From assembly GCA_041302525.1 (NCBI GenBank), contig JBFYQX010000005.1, positions 8,213 to 72,212 of the forward strand: 64,000 bases of DNA, given 5' to 3'. Both the position numbers and the translations under genes were made by a program. Source of the DNA: Candidatus Bipolaricaulota bacterium (GTDB lineage: Bacteria > Bipolaricaulota > Bipolaricaulia > UBA7950 > UBA9294). Below the pieces are notes generated by a model. That model was given only the letters and a program-made list of their open reading frames with translations. It did not search any database and was not told the origin of the DNA. Within the stretch, counting starts at the first letter, position 1; each line of letters starts with the position of its first letter. Below are positions 18,566 through 28,359 of the stretch, one piece after another.

Positions 18566-19276
18566 CTACGGAGCACGGAGAATCCCCTCGCCGAATGTAG
18601 CGTCCCAACCGGTGAGCCCCCCGTCAAGGTAGAGCACGTTCGGGAGTCCCGCGGCAAGCAAGAGCGCGCCCGCCGCGCGCCCGCCGTCGCTGTCGGCGCC
18701 GTAGAGGATGATCGGGACGTCGTGCGGAAGGCGAGATGCCGACGAGGCGGGCGCCTCGCGGATCGTCGCGAGGGGAACGTTCACCGCGCCGAACAGGTGC
18801 GCGACGGCGTACTCCTCCGGACTCCGAACGTCGATCAGCAGGTAGAACACGAGCTTGAGGTCGCTCGCTGAGATGGCCGGCACGGTCGGCGCGACGTCGG
18901 CGATGGTCACGTCGATGCGCAGGACGAACGCTGGATGGCTCGGGTCATTGGAGTGTAGGGTGATCGTTCGCGTCACGGTCCCCGTGAACCCGGCCGTGTT
19001 CACGGTGGCATCCACGTTCACCGACTCGCCCGGCGCGAGGTCGCGCTGAGTCAATGCCGCGGTCGTGCAGCCGCACGACGTGCGCACGCTCGAAATCGCC
19101 AGGGTCTCGTCGCCGGCGTTGGCGACGACGAACGTGTGGGTGACGAGCGAGCCCGACTGCACGGTCACGGCGTACGTGGCGTTGTCAGCCTGCAGGACCG
19201 GGACGGCGGACGCGGCGATGCAGAACGTCCCGATTCCCAGCAAAATGATGATCGATGCTCTCATCGCGGCCTCCAT
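18566..19276 (-). CDS. secreted DUF1573-like CxC domain + one rhodanese-homology domain lacking the catalytic Cys; paralog of 14825-15892
   Basis: Signal peptide, a DUF1573-like region (VRTSCGCTTA) and a rhodanese fold with ILYGADSDGGRA at the active-site loop. Homologous to the other copy along its full length. Confidence 0.75.
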   Translation of the reverse strand: MEAAMRASIIILLGIGTFCIAASAVPVLQADNATYAVTVQSGSLVTHTFVVANAGDETLAISSVRTSCGCTTAALTQRDLAPGESVNVDATVNTAGFTGTVTRTITLHSNDPSHPAFVLRIDVTIADVAPTVPAISASDLKLVFYLLIDVRSPEEYAVAHLFGAVNVPLATIREAPASSASRLPHDVPIILYGADSDGGRAAGALLLAAGLPNVLYLDGGLTGWDATFGEGILRAP

Positions 19277-19414
19277 CCCCGGCTCCTAGCGTCGGGTCGC
19301 GCCTGATTGGCCTCTGCCGACGAATGTAGCACGTCCGCGTCGGCAAAGCAGGAGGTACGCGGCGGGGCGTGGGTGTGGGCGGACACCGTGCTGTCGGTTG
19401 CGGGAAACGCAGAA

Positions 19415-19452
19415 GAGGGGAGACCGATGGTGCGGGATCGGCAACTCCCCTC
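19415..19452 (+). promoter_or_regulatory. compound stem-loop in the 430-nt divergent intergenic region upstream of the ABC-F gene
   Basis: GAGGGGAG (19415-19422) pairs with CTCCCCTC (19445-19452), and an inner CCGAT/ATCGG pair sits inside. A second hairpin lies at 19315-19345 (TGCCGACG ... CGTCGGCA). Confidence 0.4.
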
Positions 19453-19708
19453 CCTGCAAGCTGCGCCCGGTCCTGTGTGAGCGCTCCCGCTTGTGCGGGA
19501 TGGCGCAGTCTCCCGTCAGCTCGTCTCGACCGCGTCCCGCGGTTGTGTGGACCGTGTGAAGACGCCTGACGGTCGGAAGAACCAAAAGGCCGTAGAGAAA
19601 CGGCGTTGCCTTCCTGCAGGACCGCCCGGTGCCGTCGCCGCGCCGCGGAAACGAACCGGCGACGACGCGTTACCATGCTCCGACGGCGTTCAGGGAGGCA
19701 GGCACGAC

Positions 19709-21514
19709 GTGGCGATCCTCGCGGTTCGAGATCTAGAGAAGACCTATGCCTCTCACACGCTGTTCGAGGGGCTGTCGATCGCGTTTCATGCCGGCGAGCG
19801 GGTCGGCTTGATTGGCCCGAACGGCGCGGGGAAGTCGACCCTGTTGCGCATCCTGGCGGGCGAGGAGTCCGCGGACGCAGGCACCGTCGAGCGGTCCAAG
19901 GGCGCCCGGATCGGTTACCTGCCTCAGGCTGACGACGTGGGGCAGGGCACCGTCGAGGACGCGCTCCAGCGCGCGCTCGCCGACGTCCCGATGGAGGACT
20001 ACGAGCGCCCGGCGAGGGTTCGCCAGATGCTCCGGCGCTTAGGTTTCGACCATGGCGACGCGCGGGTCGCCACCCTGTCGGGCGGATGGCAGAAACGCCT
20101 GGCCATCGGGTGTCAGCTCGCCCGAGAACCGCACCTGCTTCTGATGGATGAGCCGACGAACCACCTCGACATCGCGGGCATCCGCTGGCTCGAGACGTTC
20201 CTCGAGCGAGAAGAACTGGCGCTGGTTGTCACGAGCCACGACCGCACGTTTCTCGAGCGTGTGGCCAACCGCATCGTCGAGATCAACGCGCGCTACGCGG
20301 GAGGGTTCTTCTCAAGCGCCGGCAAGTACAGCGACTTTCTCGAGCGGCGCGAGGCGTTCCTCGCGGCCGAGGACACGGAACGAAGAGCGCTGGCCGGCGC
20401 GGTCCGCCGCGAGATTGACTGGCTGCGCCGCGGACCCTCCGCGCGAGCGACCAAGGCGGCATCGCGCATCGAGGAAGCACACGACCAGATCGCCCGGCTG
20501 GCGGACGCAGAGCGGCGCGCCGCGTCCGCATCGGGACTCGAGATCGACTTCGCCGCGAGCGGCCGCCGGACGAACGACTTGATCGTTGCCCGTGGCATCG
20601 GAAAGTCGTTCGGCGCGCGGCGCCTGTTTGATGGCCTCAACGTGCACGTGCGGCGTGGCGACCGACTTGGGATCGCGGGGAACAACGCGAGCGGCAAGAC
20701 GACGCTCCTCAAGACGCTTGCCGGGCTCGTCGCGCCGGATGAGGGCCACGTGAAGCATGCGTGGGAGCTTCGGTTCGCGTTGTTCGACCAGCAGCGCGAG
20801 CAGCTGAATCCGCACGAGCGGCTGCGCCGCGCTCTCTGCCCGAGCGGCGACACGGTCTCCTACCTCGGGCGGGCCACGCACATCGTCCCGTGGGCGCGCC
20901 GGTTCGGCTTCCGCGCCGACCAGCTCGACATCCCGGTTGGCGAACTCTCGGGCGGTGAGAAGGCACGCGTGTTGATGGCGCTCCTGATTCGCGAGCCCGT
21001 CGACGTCCTGCTGCTGGACGAACCGACCAACGACCTCGACCTCTCGTCGGTCGAGCTGCTCGAGGAGGCGCTTGACGAGTTCCCAGGTGCCGTCGTGTTG
21101 ATCACGCACGATCGTCACATGCTCGACCGGCTGTCCAGCCAGCTCATCGGGCTGCATGGCGACGGGGCGTGGGGCAGCTACGGGAGCGTCGAGCAGTGGC
21201 TGCTTGCCGACGCCGAGCGTCAGGCGGCGCGCCGGGTGCCAGACGCCGAGACCCCGCGTGCCGCGGCGCCTGCTCGTCCTACGAAGCGGGGCTTGACGTA
21301 CCTCGAGAAGAAGGAGTGGGACGAGATGGAGGCGCGGATTCTCGCTGCCGAGGAGAAGGCGGCGGCTCTCCAGTCGCAGCTCGACGATCCTGCCGTGGCC
21401 AGCGACCACGAGAAGCTGCACACGGCGTACGAGGCCCATCGCGCCGCGCAGGCCGACATCGACGCCCTCTACGGACGTTGGCAGGAGCTCGACGCCAAGC
21501 GCAACGCCGGCTAG
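19709..21514 (+). CDS. ABC-F family ATPase (Uup/YheS-like, with C-terminal coiled-coil domain), 601 aa
   Basis: Two ABC NBDs, each with Walker A/B and the LSGG signature, plus a C-terminal coiled coil. GTG at 19709 has a strong AGGGAGG RBS; the in-frame upstream extension has poor GC3. Confidence 0.9.
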   Translation: MAILAVRDLEKTYASHTLFEGLSIAFHAGERVGLIGPNGAGKSTLLRILAGEESADAGTVERSKGARIGYLPQADDVGQGTVEDALQRALADVPMEDYERPARVRQMLRRLGFDHGDARVATLSGGWQKRLAIGCQLAREPHLLLMDEPTNHLDIAGIRWLETFLEREELALVVTSHDRTFLERVANRIVEINARYAGGFFSSAGKYSDFLERREAFLAAEDTERRALAGAVRREIDWLRRGPSARATKAASRIEEAHDQIARLADAERRAASASGLEIDFAASGRRTNDLIVARGIGKSFGARRLFDGLNVHVRRGDRLGIAGNNASGKTTLLKTLAGLVAPDEGHVKHAWELRFALFDQQREQLNPHERLRRALCPSGDTVSYLGRATHIVPWARRFGFRADQLDIPVGELSGGEKARVLMALLIREPVDVLLLDEPTNDLDLSSVELLEEALDEFPGAVVLITHDRHMLDRLSSQLIGLHGDGAWGSYGSVEQWLLADAERQAARRVPDAETPRAAAPARPTKRGLTYLEKKEWDEMEARILAAEEKAAALQSQLDDPAVASDHEKLHTAYEAHRAAQADIDALYGRWQELDAKRNAG

Positions 21515-22176
21515 GGTCGGCCGCCAATCTCGCGGCGGAGCGCCGCGGCGTCCTCGAACACCCTGGCGGTGACCGCGCGCAGTCGCTCACCGTCCTGATG
21601 CCCACGCGCGACCAGCGCCACGCTCATGCCGAGGGCCGCCGCGACCTCCGCATCGTGGTCCATGTCGCCGACGAGAAGCGTCCTCGCTCCGCAGAGCCGG
21701 TGCCGGGTCACCATCTCGCGCCCGCGGTCGAGCTTCGAGTCCCCGAGCCGGTGATGGAGCCCGTAGATGCCGGCAAAGCTGCCCGCGATGCCGAGGCGTC
21801 CGAGCGCCTCGCGCAGCAGGCCTTCTTCGAGTGCGGAGAGCACGTACTGGGCGATGCGCAGCTGCGCGGCGAGGTCGAGGATCGATCGGACCCCTTTCTG
21901 CAGACGGCAGTGTGGGAGGCCAGGTAGGTAGGCCGCGTGAAACTCCTCCGAGAGACCCTCGGGCGTCTCCCGCCCGATGTCGATGCCTAACCGCCCGTAG
22001 TAGTCGAGCAGAGGAAACCCGAAGACGCTCCGGTAGAGCGGCCGCGACACCGCCGCAAGGCCACGGCGAACGAGCATACCGTTGATCGATCGAAGTGCGA
22101 GATCGACATCGTCGACGATCGTACCGTTGAAGTCCCACACGAGAGCATCCCACCGCGCGGCCATCTCACCCAGCAT
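21511..22176 (-). CDS. HAD-superfamily hydrolase (phosphoglycolate phosphatase-like)
   Basis: DxDGT-type motif I (LVWDFNGTIVDD) and motif IV (GDMDHD). Start is 22176 or 22164. Confidence 0.8.
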   Translation of the reverse strand: MLGEMAARWDALVWDFNGTIVDDVDLALRSINGMLVRRGLAAVSRPLYRSVFGFPLLDYYGRLGIDIGRETPEGLSEEFHAAYLPGLPHCRLQKGVRSILDLAAQLRIAQYVLSALEEGLLREALGRLGIAGSFAGIYGLHHRLGDSKLDRGREMVTRHRLCGARTLLVGDMDHDAEVAAALGMSVALVARGHQDGERLRAVTARVFEDAAALRREIGGRP

Positions 22177-22398
22177 GGTGCCCGACAGGGCGTTGCGGCG
22201 CACAGAGCGCCGGACCCCACGGCCTGCTCAATGCGTGCGCGGCGGGGGGATGCCACATGCTGCTGGGTATTGTGCCCAAGAGGGATTGCGTGTCGAACGG
22301 TCAGGCCGGGGGCGGCCGCGCGCCATGAACCGCCGGTCGTCGGAGGCGCACTCATGTCCGGCCGTCGACGAGACGGACTTGCCAGGCTGGGGAGATCC

Positions 22399-22896
22399 AT
22401 GAGCGTTCATCTTCGCGCGATCGACGCGGACAACTTCATCGAGGCGATGCGGCTTCGCGTCTCTCCGGAGCAGGAGACGTTTGTGGCGACGAACGCCGCG
22501 AGCATCGCGCAGTCGAAGTTCCACGCGCACCTTGAGTGCTACGGAGTCTTCGACGGCGACACGATGGTTGGATTCTCGGTGTGTGGGGTCAATCCGGACG
22601 ACGGGACCGTCTGGATCGCCCGCCACATGGTCGGGGCGCAGTTCCAGAGGCAGGGATACGGGCGCGCCGGCCTGCACTGCCTCATCGCGCACCTACGCAG
22701 CGGACACGGCATGGTGCCGATCTACCTTGACGTTGCGCCGTCCAACGCAGCGGCGATCTCGCTCTACGAGAGCGCTGGGTTCCGCGACGCCGGTCTCGAC
22801 CAAGGCAAGAGCCGCGTGTACTGCCTGGAGGCCGAGAAGGGGGCAGCCGGCCCGAAGGCCGGCCGCGACGGACTCGAGACGGCTGACGAAGACTAG
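22399..22896 (+). CDS. GNAT family N-acetyltransferase (diamine/spermidine acetyltransferase-like), 165 aa
   Basis: RBS GGGGAG, ATG at 22399. Acetyl-CoA motif [10 protein letters not shown]. Confidence 0.8.
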   Translation: MSVHLRAIDADNFIEAMRLRVSPEQETFVATNAASIAQSKFHAHLECYGVFDGDTMVGFSVCGVNPDDGTVWIARHMVGAQFQRQGYGRAGLHCLIAHLRSGHGMVPIYLDVAPSNAAAISLYESAGFRDAGLDQGKSRVYCLEAEKGAAGPKAGRDGLETADED

Positions 22897-24242
22897 CAGT
22901 ACAGGCGCGAGGCAGGAGCCCCTCCCCCGGCGCAGCGTGCTTCCTCGCCCTCCAGCTCGCCCGACAGGTACGCCGTATAGGCGCCCATGTCGAAGTGGCC
23001 GTGTCCGGAGAACCCGATCAGGAGCGTCTTCTTCGTTCCCGTCCGCGCGCACTCCTTGGCCGTCTCGATCGCCGCGTGCACGGCGTGGGCCGTCTCGGGC
23101 GCGGGAACGATGCCCTCGGCACGGGCGAACCGGACCGCGCTCTCGAACACGTCGAGCTGGCCGTAGGCCTTGGCCTCGACGACCCCGTCGGCCACCAGCC
23201 GGCTCACGATCGGGGCCATGCCGTGGTAGCGCAGTCCGCCGGCGTGAATCGGCGGCGGCATGTAGTCGTGGCCGAGGGTGTGCATGCGCAGGAGGGGCGT
23301 CGTCTCTGCCATGTCGCCGAAGTCGTAGCGGTACTCGCCGCGCGTCAGGCTCGGACACACGGTCGGCTCGACGGCCACGAAGCGTGTTGCCCGGCGGTTC
23401 TCTCTGGCCGCACGGTAGAAGGGAAGGACGAGCCCGCCGAAGTTCGATCCGCCGCCGACGCAGGCAATGACCTCGTCGGGAAACTCGCCCGCCTGCTGCA
23501 TCTGCAGCTCGGCCTCGAGCCCGATCACGGTCTGGTGAAGCAGGACGTGATTCAAGACGCTCCCGAGCGAGTACTTCGTCCCCTGCCCGGCCATGGCAGC
23601 CTCGACGGCCTCCGAGATGGCGAGCCCCAGGGAGCCGGATGTGAGCGGGTCGCGCGCCAAGGCATCGCGTCCGGCCTGGGTCTCGGTCGAGGGCGACGCG
23701 TGCACGCGAGCGCCAAACAGGGTCATCATGGCCTTCCGGTATGGCTTCTGGTCGTAGGAGCTGCGCACCATGAACACCGTGCAGTCCATCCCGAACAGCT
23801 GGCAGGCGAAGGCGAGCGCACTGCCCCACTGCCCGGCGCCGGTCTCTGTGGCGAGGGCCTTCGTGCCTTCCATCTTGTTGTAGTAAGCCTGGGGCACCGC
23901 GGTGTTCGTCTTGTGTGAGCCTGTGGGACTCGCACCCTCGTACTTGAAGTAGATGTGGGCCGGGGTCCCGAGCGCCCGCTCGAGGTGGACGGCGCGCATG
24001 AGCGGCGTCGGGCGCCACCGCCGATAGGCCTCGAGCACGGGCTCAGGGATGTCGATGAACCGGTCGATGGCCATCTCCTGCTCGACGCAGGTGCGGGCAA
24101 AGAGACCGAGAAGCGCGTCGGGCTCGATCGGCTCGCGAGTTCCGGGATGCAGCGGCGGGTCGAGCGGGGTTGGCAGGTCGGGAAGAACGTTGTACCAACG
24201 CTTCGGGAGATCGGACTGACTCAGGGCGAACATTGTCTGCAT
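22893..24242 (-). CDS. trpB: TrpB-like PLP-dependent enzyme (tryptophan synthase beta, type 2 / TrpB2)
   Basis: 449 aa with the TrpB2-type N-terminal extension and a PLP-lysine region (GSHKTNTA). RBS AAAGGAGAC. No trpA is adjacent. Confidence 0.9.
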   Translation of the reverse strand: MQTMFALSQSDLPKRWYNVLPDLPTPLDPPLHPGTREPIEPDALLGLFARTCVEQEMAIDRFIDIPEPVLEAYRRWRPTPLMRAVHLERALGTPAHIYFKYEGASPTGSHKTNTAVPQAYYNKMEGTKALATETGAGQWGSALAFACQLFGMDCTVFMVRSSYDQKPYRKAMMTLFGARVHASPSTETQAGRDALARDPLTSGSLGLAISEAVEAAMAGQGTKYSLGSVLNHVLLHQTVIGLEAELQMQQAGEFPDEVIACVGGGSNFGGLVLPFYRAARENRRATRFVAVEPTVCPSLTRGEYRYDFGDMAETTPLLRMHTLGHDYMPPPIHAGGLRYHGMAPIVSRLVADGVVEAKAYGQLDVFESAVRFARAEGIVPAPETAHAVHAAIETAKECARTGTKKTLLIGFSGHGHFDMGAYTAYLSGELEGEEARCAGGGAPASRLYC

Positions 24243-24349
24243 GGGGTCTCCTTTCTCTTAGGTCTAGGTAGCCAGGGCACGGACGCAAGAGAAGGGTTGC
24301 CACCATCGCCCGAAGGGGGGGACACGTAGGAGCGGGGACGAGAGACGAG

Positions 24350-24369
24350 CAACGGCCGGCCGGCCGTTG
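24350..24369. repeat. perfect 20-bp palindrome CAACGGCCGGCCGGCCGTTG in the 295-nt gap between the cupin and trpB2 genes
   Basis: Direct reading: caacggccgg is followed by its exact reverse complement ccggccgttg. No flanking U-tract on either strand. Confidence 0.6.
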
Positions 24370-24537
24370 GAGACTACAACGCGTGACGAGAAGCGGGCTC
24401 TAACCGAGCCAAAGACACCTCCGTCGTTGCATGAGCTTCCTCCTTAGGAACGTCGGCCACTCTAGCGGCCGGCGCGCCGGACGTCAAGCATGCGTCGGGG
24501 AAAGCTCCTGCAGGACAGAGACGCCGAGCGCTGAGGC

Positions 24538-24864
24538 CTAGGCCTTGTAGTCCTCGCGCGGCGGGTTCCAGGCGTCGATGGCCTCGGTCGACTCGTCGAG
24601 CACGACGGCTCCGTGCGGTCTGTTGGGCGGGATGCAGACTCCATCTCCGGCGCGCAGCACGCGCGCCTCGCCGTCGAGCGTGAAACGCATCGCGCCACGC
24701 GTGACGAGCGTGATCTGCTCGTGCGGGTGGCGGTGCTCGGGCACCACCGCGTGCGGCGCGAAGCTGAAGAACGTGAGCATCACGCCGTCGAGCCAGACCG
24801 CTCGGCGGGCGATGCCCGGGAGCATGGCCGTTGCCGTGAGCTCGCGGGTCGAGAAGTAGTCCAT
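24538..24864 (-). CDS. cupin domain protein, 108 aa
   Basis: ATG at 24864 with an AAGGAG RBS. Cupin motifs (HRHPHEQITLVTRG...GDGVCIPPNRPH). Confidence 0.7.
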   Translation of the reverse strand: MDYFSTRELTATAMLPGIARRAVWLDGVMLTFFSFAPHAVVPEHRHPHEQITLVTRGAMRFTLDGEARVLRAGDGVCIPPNRPHGAVVLDESTEAIDAWNPPREDYKA

Positions 24865-25150
24865 GGCGGCTCCTTTCGTGGCCGAACATCCTCGCTCGCG
24901 AAGCGCCGTGTTTCCACACGGCGCGAGATCCCGACAGAGCACGCCGGCGCCGCCGAGAGCCGCGCGAGGCTGCCCCCGCTCGGGGTTCCGCGAGAGGGCA
25001 AGAGAAGGCGCGGGACCCCGCAGGGTCCCGCTATCTCGACTGCCTCAGCCTTGGAGGTAGGTAGTGTTCTCTCGTACGCCGACAATGTGACCCGGCGCTG
25101 TGAAGAAACCGTGTGCACCACCTGGAGTTCCCGTGTCCTGCGCGGCAGGA

Positions 25151-26509
25151 CTACCCCGATCCCTCTGCCGGCGCGACCTCGCGTGCGATCTCGTCGTGGT
25201 CAGGAATCAGCAACTCCGCGTCGCGCACGGCGCGGAATCCGTAGCCTCCGAACCCGATAGCCGCCTCGAGAAGTCCCGCGAGAACGAACATCAGCCCCAT
25301 GCCGGCTCCGGCGCCGCTTCCGACAAGGTGCGAGAAGGCCCGGGCCGTCGCACTCCCCGACCGCATCAGCGGCTCAAACACCCGGTCTGCGAGAGGTCCG
25401 GCGGCGAGCATGGCGATCGGCGTCGAGATCTGGGCGATCAATCGGCGCGTGGCAAACACCCGTCCCTGCTTTGACGGCGGAACCTTGACCTGCCAGATCG
25501 CCTGGTTCGACCCGTTGAGGATGGGGATGCCAAACGAGACAGCAAAGGCGCCGATCCACCAGACCATGACCGCCTGGCCGATCCCGAGCGTGACGAGGCC
25601 GAACAGACCGACGAACGCCATCCCCAGGAGGACGCCATGCACTCGCTTCTTGAACCCGCCCCAGGCGGCCATGATCGCCCCGCCGGCGATGCCGCCCACG
25701 CCGAACGCCATCTGGACTGCGCCGAGCGCGATGCTGTCATTGCCTGTGCGGGCGAGGATCATCGGGGCCAGCACCGTGAACCCAAAGGCGGCCACGAAGT
25801 TGACCGCGAAGAAGACAAGCTGGAGGCCGAGAAGGCTCTTGCTCGCAAAGATGTACTTGAAGCCGAACAGGCAGTCCTGCCAGAGACTCGACGCGGCCTT
25901 GGCCTGCGGTTCCCGCGGCGGTTCGGGGATGTAGACGATCAGAAGGGCGCCGATCGCAACCGCCAGCGCCGCGAGGTCGATCAAGAAGATCCCGCGCAGC
26001 CCGATCCAGACGAAGAGCCCGCCGGCGAGCATCGGGGCCATGACGCCGGATGCCGCCTCCGCGAGGCCGAGCATTCCGTTGGCGCGCGCGTAGTGCTTCT
26101 TGTCCATCAGGGTTGATATCGCGGCCGAGTACGCCGGGAACTGGAACGATCCCAGCGCCCCGGACAGGAACCCGGTGACAAACAGGTGCCACAGCTGGAG
26201 CTGTCCGGTCAGATGGAGGACGAGCAAGGCCAGCGTGGACAACCCTGCTGCGAGGTCGCTCGCCGCCATCACGAGCTTGCGCGACACGCGGTCGACGATC
26301 GCGCCGGCCAGCGGGCTGAAGAGGACGACCGGCGCAAAGGCGAAGAAACCGACGAGGGCCAACGCGGTCGCCTTCCCCGTCAGCTCGTAGGCCCAGAGGG
26401 TGATCGCAAACTGCGTCATCCCGGTGCCGAGAAGCGAGAAGAACTGGCCGAACCAGATGATCGTGAACCCCTTGAATCCAGTGGGGCCTCGTCGTTGTCT
26501 CTGTGTCAT
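25151..26509 (-). CDS. MFS transporter (DHA3 / EntS-like), paralog of 1090-2400
   Basis: 452 aa with 12 TM segments, alignable along its full length to the first MFS (AIVDRVSRK vs AMVDRYNRK). Confidence 0.85.
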   Translation of the reverse strand: MTQRQRRGPTGFKGFTIIWFGQFFSLLGTGMTQFAITLWAYELTGKATALALVGFFAFAPVVLFSPLAGAIVDRVSRKLVMAASDLAAGLSTLALLVLHLTGQLQLWHLFVTGFLSGALGSFQFPAYSAAISTLMDKKHYARANGMLGLAEAASGVMAPMLAGGLFVWIGLRGIFLIDLAALAVAIGALLIVYIPEPPREPQAKAASSLWQDCLFGFKYIFASKSLLGLQLVFFAVNFVAAFGFTVLAPMILARTGNDSIALGAVQMAFGVGGIAGGAIMAAWGGFKKRVHGVLLGMAFVGLFGLVTLGIGQAVMVWWIGAFAVSFGIPILNGSNQAIWQVKVPPSKQGRVFATRRLIAQISTPIAMLAAGPLADRVFEPLMRSGSATARAFSHLVGSGAGAGMGLMFVLAGLLEAAIGFGGYGFRAVRDAELLIPDHDEIAREVAPAEGSG

Positions 26510-26700
26510 AGGATTGCCTTTCGACTCGCCTCGAGGCCGCCTGGAGACTCTCCCCCACGCGTCTCCGCGGCGTCGCGGTGTCGCGGCGCGGCGGCCGTAG
26601 TGATACCCGATCCTGCGTCGGGCGGCGAGGCGGCCCGACCGACGCTCGCGCGCGGGACAGGGACGCGGTTACGATCGGCGCGAACGGCTGGGAGGACGGC

Positions 26701-27513
26701 ATGGCAGGCGAGAGGAGGAGGCGCTCAGAGTCGCGTCGAGCGGAACGCCCACGTCGCTGGGCCGCGGGGGCGCCCCTCGCCGTTCTGTCGGACATTCACG
26801 GCAACCTGCGCGCCCTCGATGCGGTCCTCGGCGACATGGAACGCCGTGGGGTTCAGCGGGCCGTTCATCTTGGCGATGCCGTCTACGGGCCGCTGGACCC
26901 GCGCGGCACGGCCGCACGGCTGATCGAGCGCGACATTCCCTCCGTGCGGGGCAACGAGGACCGCCTCGTCGTCTGCCCTGAAGGCTCCGATGCAGCCGTC
27001 GACTTTGCGCGCGCCGAGCTCGGGTCGAGAGAGCTGGAATGGTTGGGCGCGCTTCCTCCCACTCTGGCCCTCGGCGAGCTATTGCTCTGCCACGGGACGC
27101 CGTGCGACGACGCGGCGTACCTCTTGCTCGACGTCGCCTCCGGAGGAGTGCGGCTGCGCCCAGACGGGGACATCCTCTCGCGCCTGGCGGGTGTGGAGCA
27201 ACCGGTCGTTCTCTGCGGTCACGACCACACGCCGAACCTGGTGCGTCTCCGCGCAGGCACGCTGATTGTCGATCCGGGGAGCGTCGGTTGCCCCGCGTAC
27301 CGCGACGATCGCCCGTTCCCGCATCGGATCGAGTGTGGATCGCCGCACGCACGCTACGCGATTCTCACGCGCTTGACCGAAGGTTGGCTGTGCGAGCACG
27401 TCGCCGTCACGTACGACTGGGATGCCGCGGCGGTCGCAGCACTTCGGAACGGAAGGCCCGATTGGGCCTTCGCGCTTGAGACCGGGCGCGCCGCTGGTCC
27501 GCCCGCGGCCTAG
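26701..27513 (+). CDS. metallophosphoesterase (calcineurin-like phosphodiesterase, YfcE-like)
   Basis: LSDIHGN, GD..D and GNED motifs. ATG at 26701 with a GGGAGGACGGC RBS. Confidence 0.8.
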   Translation: MAGERRRRSESRRAERPRRWAAGAPLAVLSDIHGNLRALDAVLGDMERRGVQRAVHLGDAVYGPLDPRGTAARLIERDIPSVRGNEDRLVVCPEGSDAAVDFARAELGSRELEWLGALPPTLALGELLLCHGTPCDDAAYLLLDVASGGVRLRPDGDILSRLAGVEQPVVLCGHDHTPNLVRLRAGTLIVDPGSVGCPAYRDDRPFPHRIECGSPHARYAILTRLTEGWLCEHVAVTYDWDAAAVAALRNGRPDWAFALETGRAAGPPAA

Positions 27514-27830
27514 CTTTCGATGCGCTCGACGAGGAACGACACTGGGCGAACGCCGTCGCTGCAACAAGGCAACGACATCCCGGGACCCACCATCCACGGC
27601 GGGTTGGCGCCATACAAGAGCATGGTGACGTCGCGTTGGATGTCCGTCCAAGCCCAATCGCATGGGAAGTCGGCCGGCTTCGCCGGGAATCCCTCGACCT
27701 CGAACGTCTGGCCCTCTCTCCACAACGGACAGACCTCCATCATGACAGGGAAGCCCTCCTTGTTCACGTACCGGTCCACGAGATCCATGTGGACCACGCG
27801 CTTGACGACCGTGATTCGCACTCTCGCCAT
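27510..27830 (-). CDS. TIGR04076-like small Cys-containing protein, 106 aa
   Basis: ATG at 27830 with an AAGGAG RBS. Pattern RVRITVVK...CP...EGQTF...CSDGVRPV recalls the TIGR04076 family. Four Cys residues. Confidence 0.6.
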   Translation of the reverse strand: MARVRITVVKRVVHMDLVDRYVNKEGFPVMMEVCPLWREGQTFEVEGFPAKPADFPCDWAWTDIQRDVTMLLYGANPPWMVGPGMSLPCCSDGVRPVSFLVERIES

Positions 27831-27955
27831 CCAGATCTCCTTGTCGGGTGGGCGGACGGCCACCCGGCGCGAGTGTAGCGTGTGCGCGGACGCAAGCGAT
27901 TCGTTTGCCCTCGCGGGCGTCTCCTATGCTAGGATGAGCCCAGGAGGTGAGCCGC

Positions 27956-28330
27956 GTGAGAGAGTTCTCCTTCATCATCGGCAACTGCCCCGGCGCGTTG
28001 GTCGAGATCGCGGAAGCGCTGGGGGAAGAGCACGTCAACATCGATGGAATCTCCGGCCAAACCGTCCTCGAGGAGGGTGTCGTCGGCATCGTGCCCGACG
28101 ATCCTGGGAAGGCGCGTAAGATTCTCCGCGACAAGGGCATCGACTTCGAGGAGCGCGAGGCCCTCGTGTTGGATCTGCCGCACCATCCGGGTGAGCTGGC
28201 CACGATCCTCGGGAGGCTCTCGGGGGAAGGGATCAACGTCTTGTCGCTCTACGCCTCGTTCGGCAAGCACCAGATCATCTTCACCGTCGACGACGTCGCC
28301 CGCGCGAAGAGCATATTCCGCATTCCCTGA
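27956..28330 (+). CDS. ACT domain-containing protein (two tandem ACT-like halves), 124 aa
   Basis: GTG at 27956, 8 nt after AGGAGG. The motif G(x)L..I...L...GINI occurs twice. Confidence 0.65.
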   Translation: MREFSFIIGNCPGALVEIAEALGEEHVNIDGISGQTVLEEGVVGIVPDDPGKARKILRDKGIDFEEREALVLDLPHHPGELATILGRLSGEGINVLSLYASFGKHQIIFTVDDVARAKSIFRIP

Positions 28331-28359
28331 GACGCCTCAGGGCGGAAGGAGAGAGGCTC

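Noticed and set aside
19493-19708. 72-codon in-frame N-terminal extension of the ABC-F ORF
   Set aside because: Poor GC3 compared with the body of the gene. A strong AGGGAGG RBS lies 9 nt before the GTG at 19709, which gives a canonical ABC-F N-terminus.
24374-24919. 181-aa minus-strand ORF overlapping the cupin gene and intergenic palindrome region
   Set aside because: It is off-frame relative to the well-supported cupin gene (RBS AAGGAG plus ATG at 24864). Low-complexity Arg/Ala composition.
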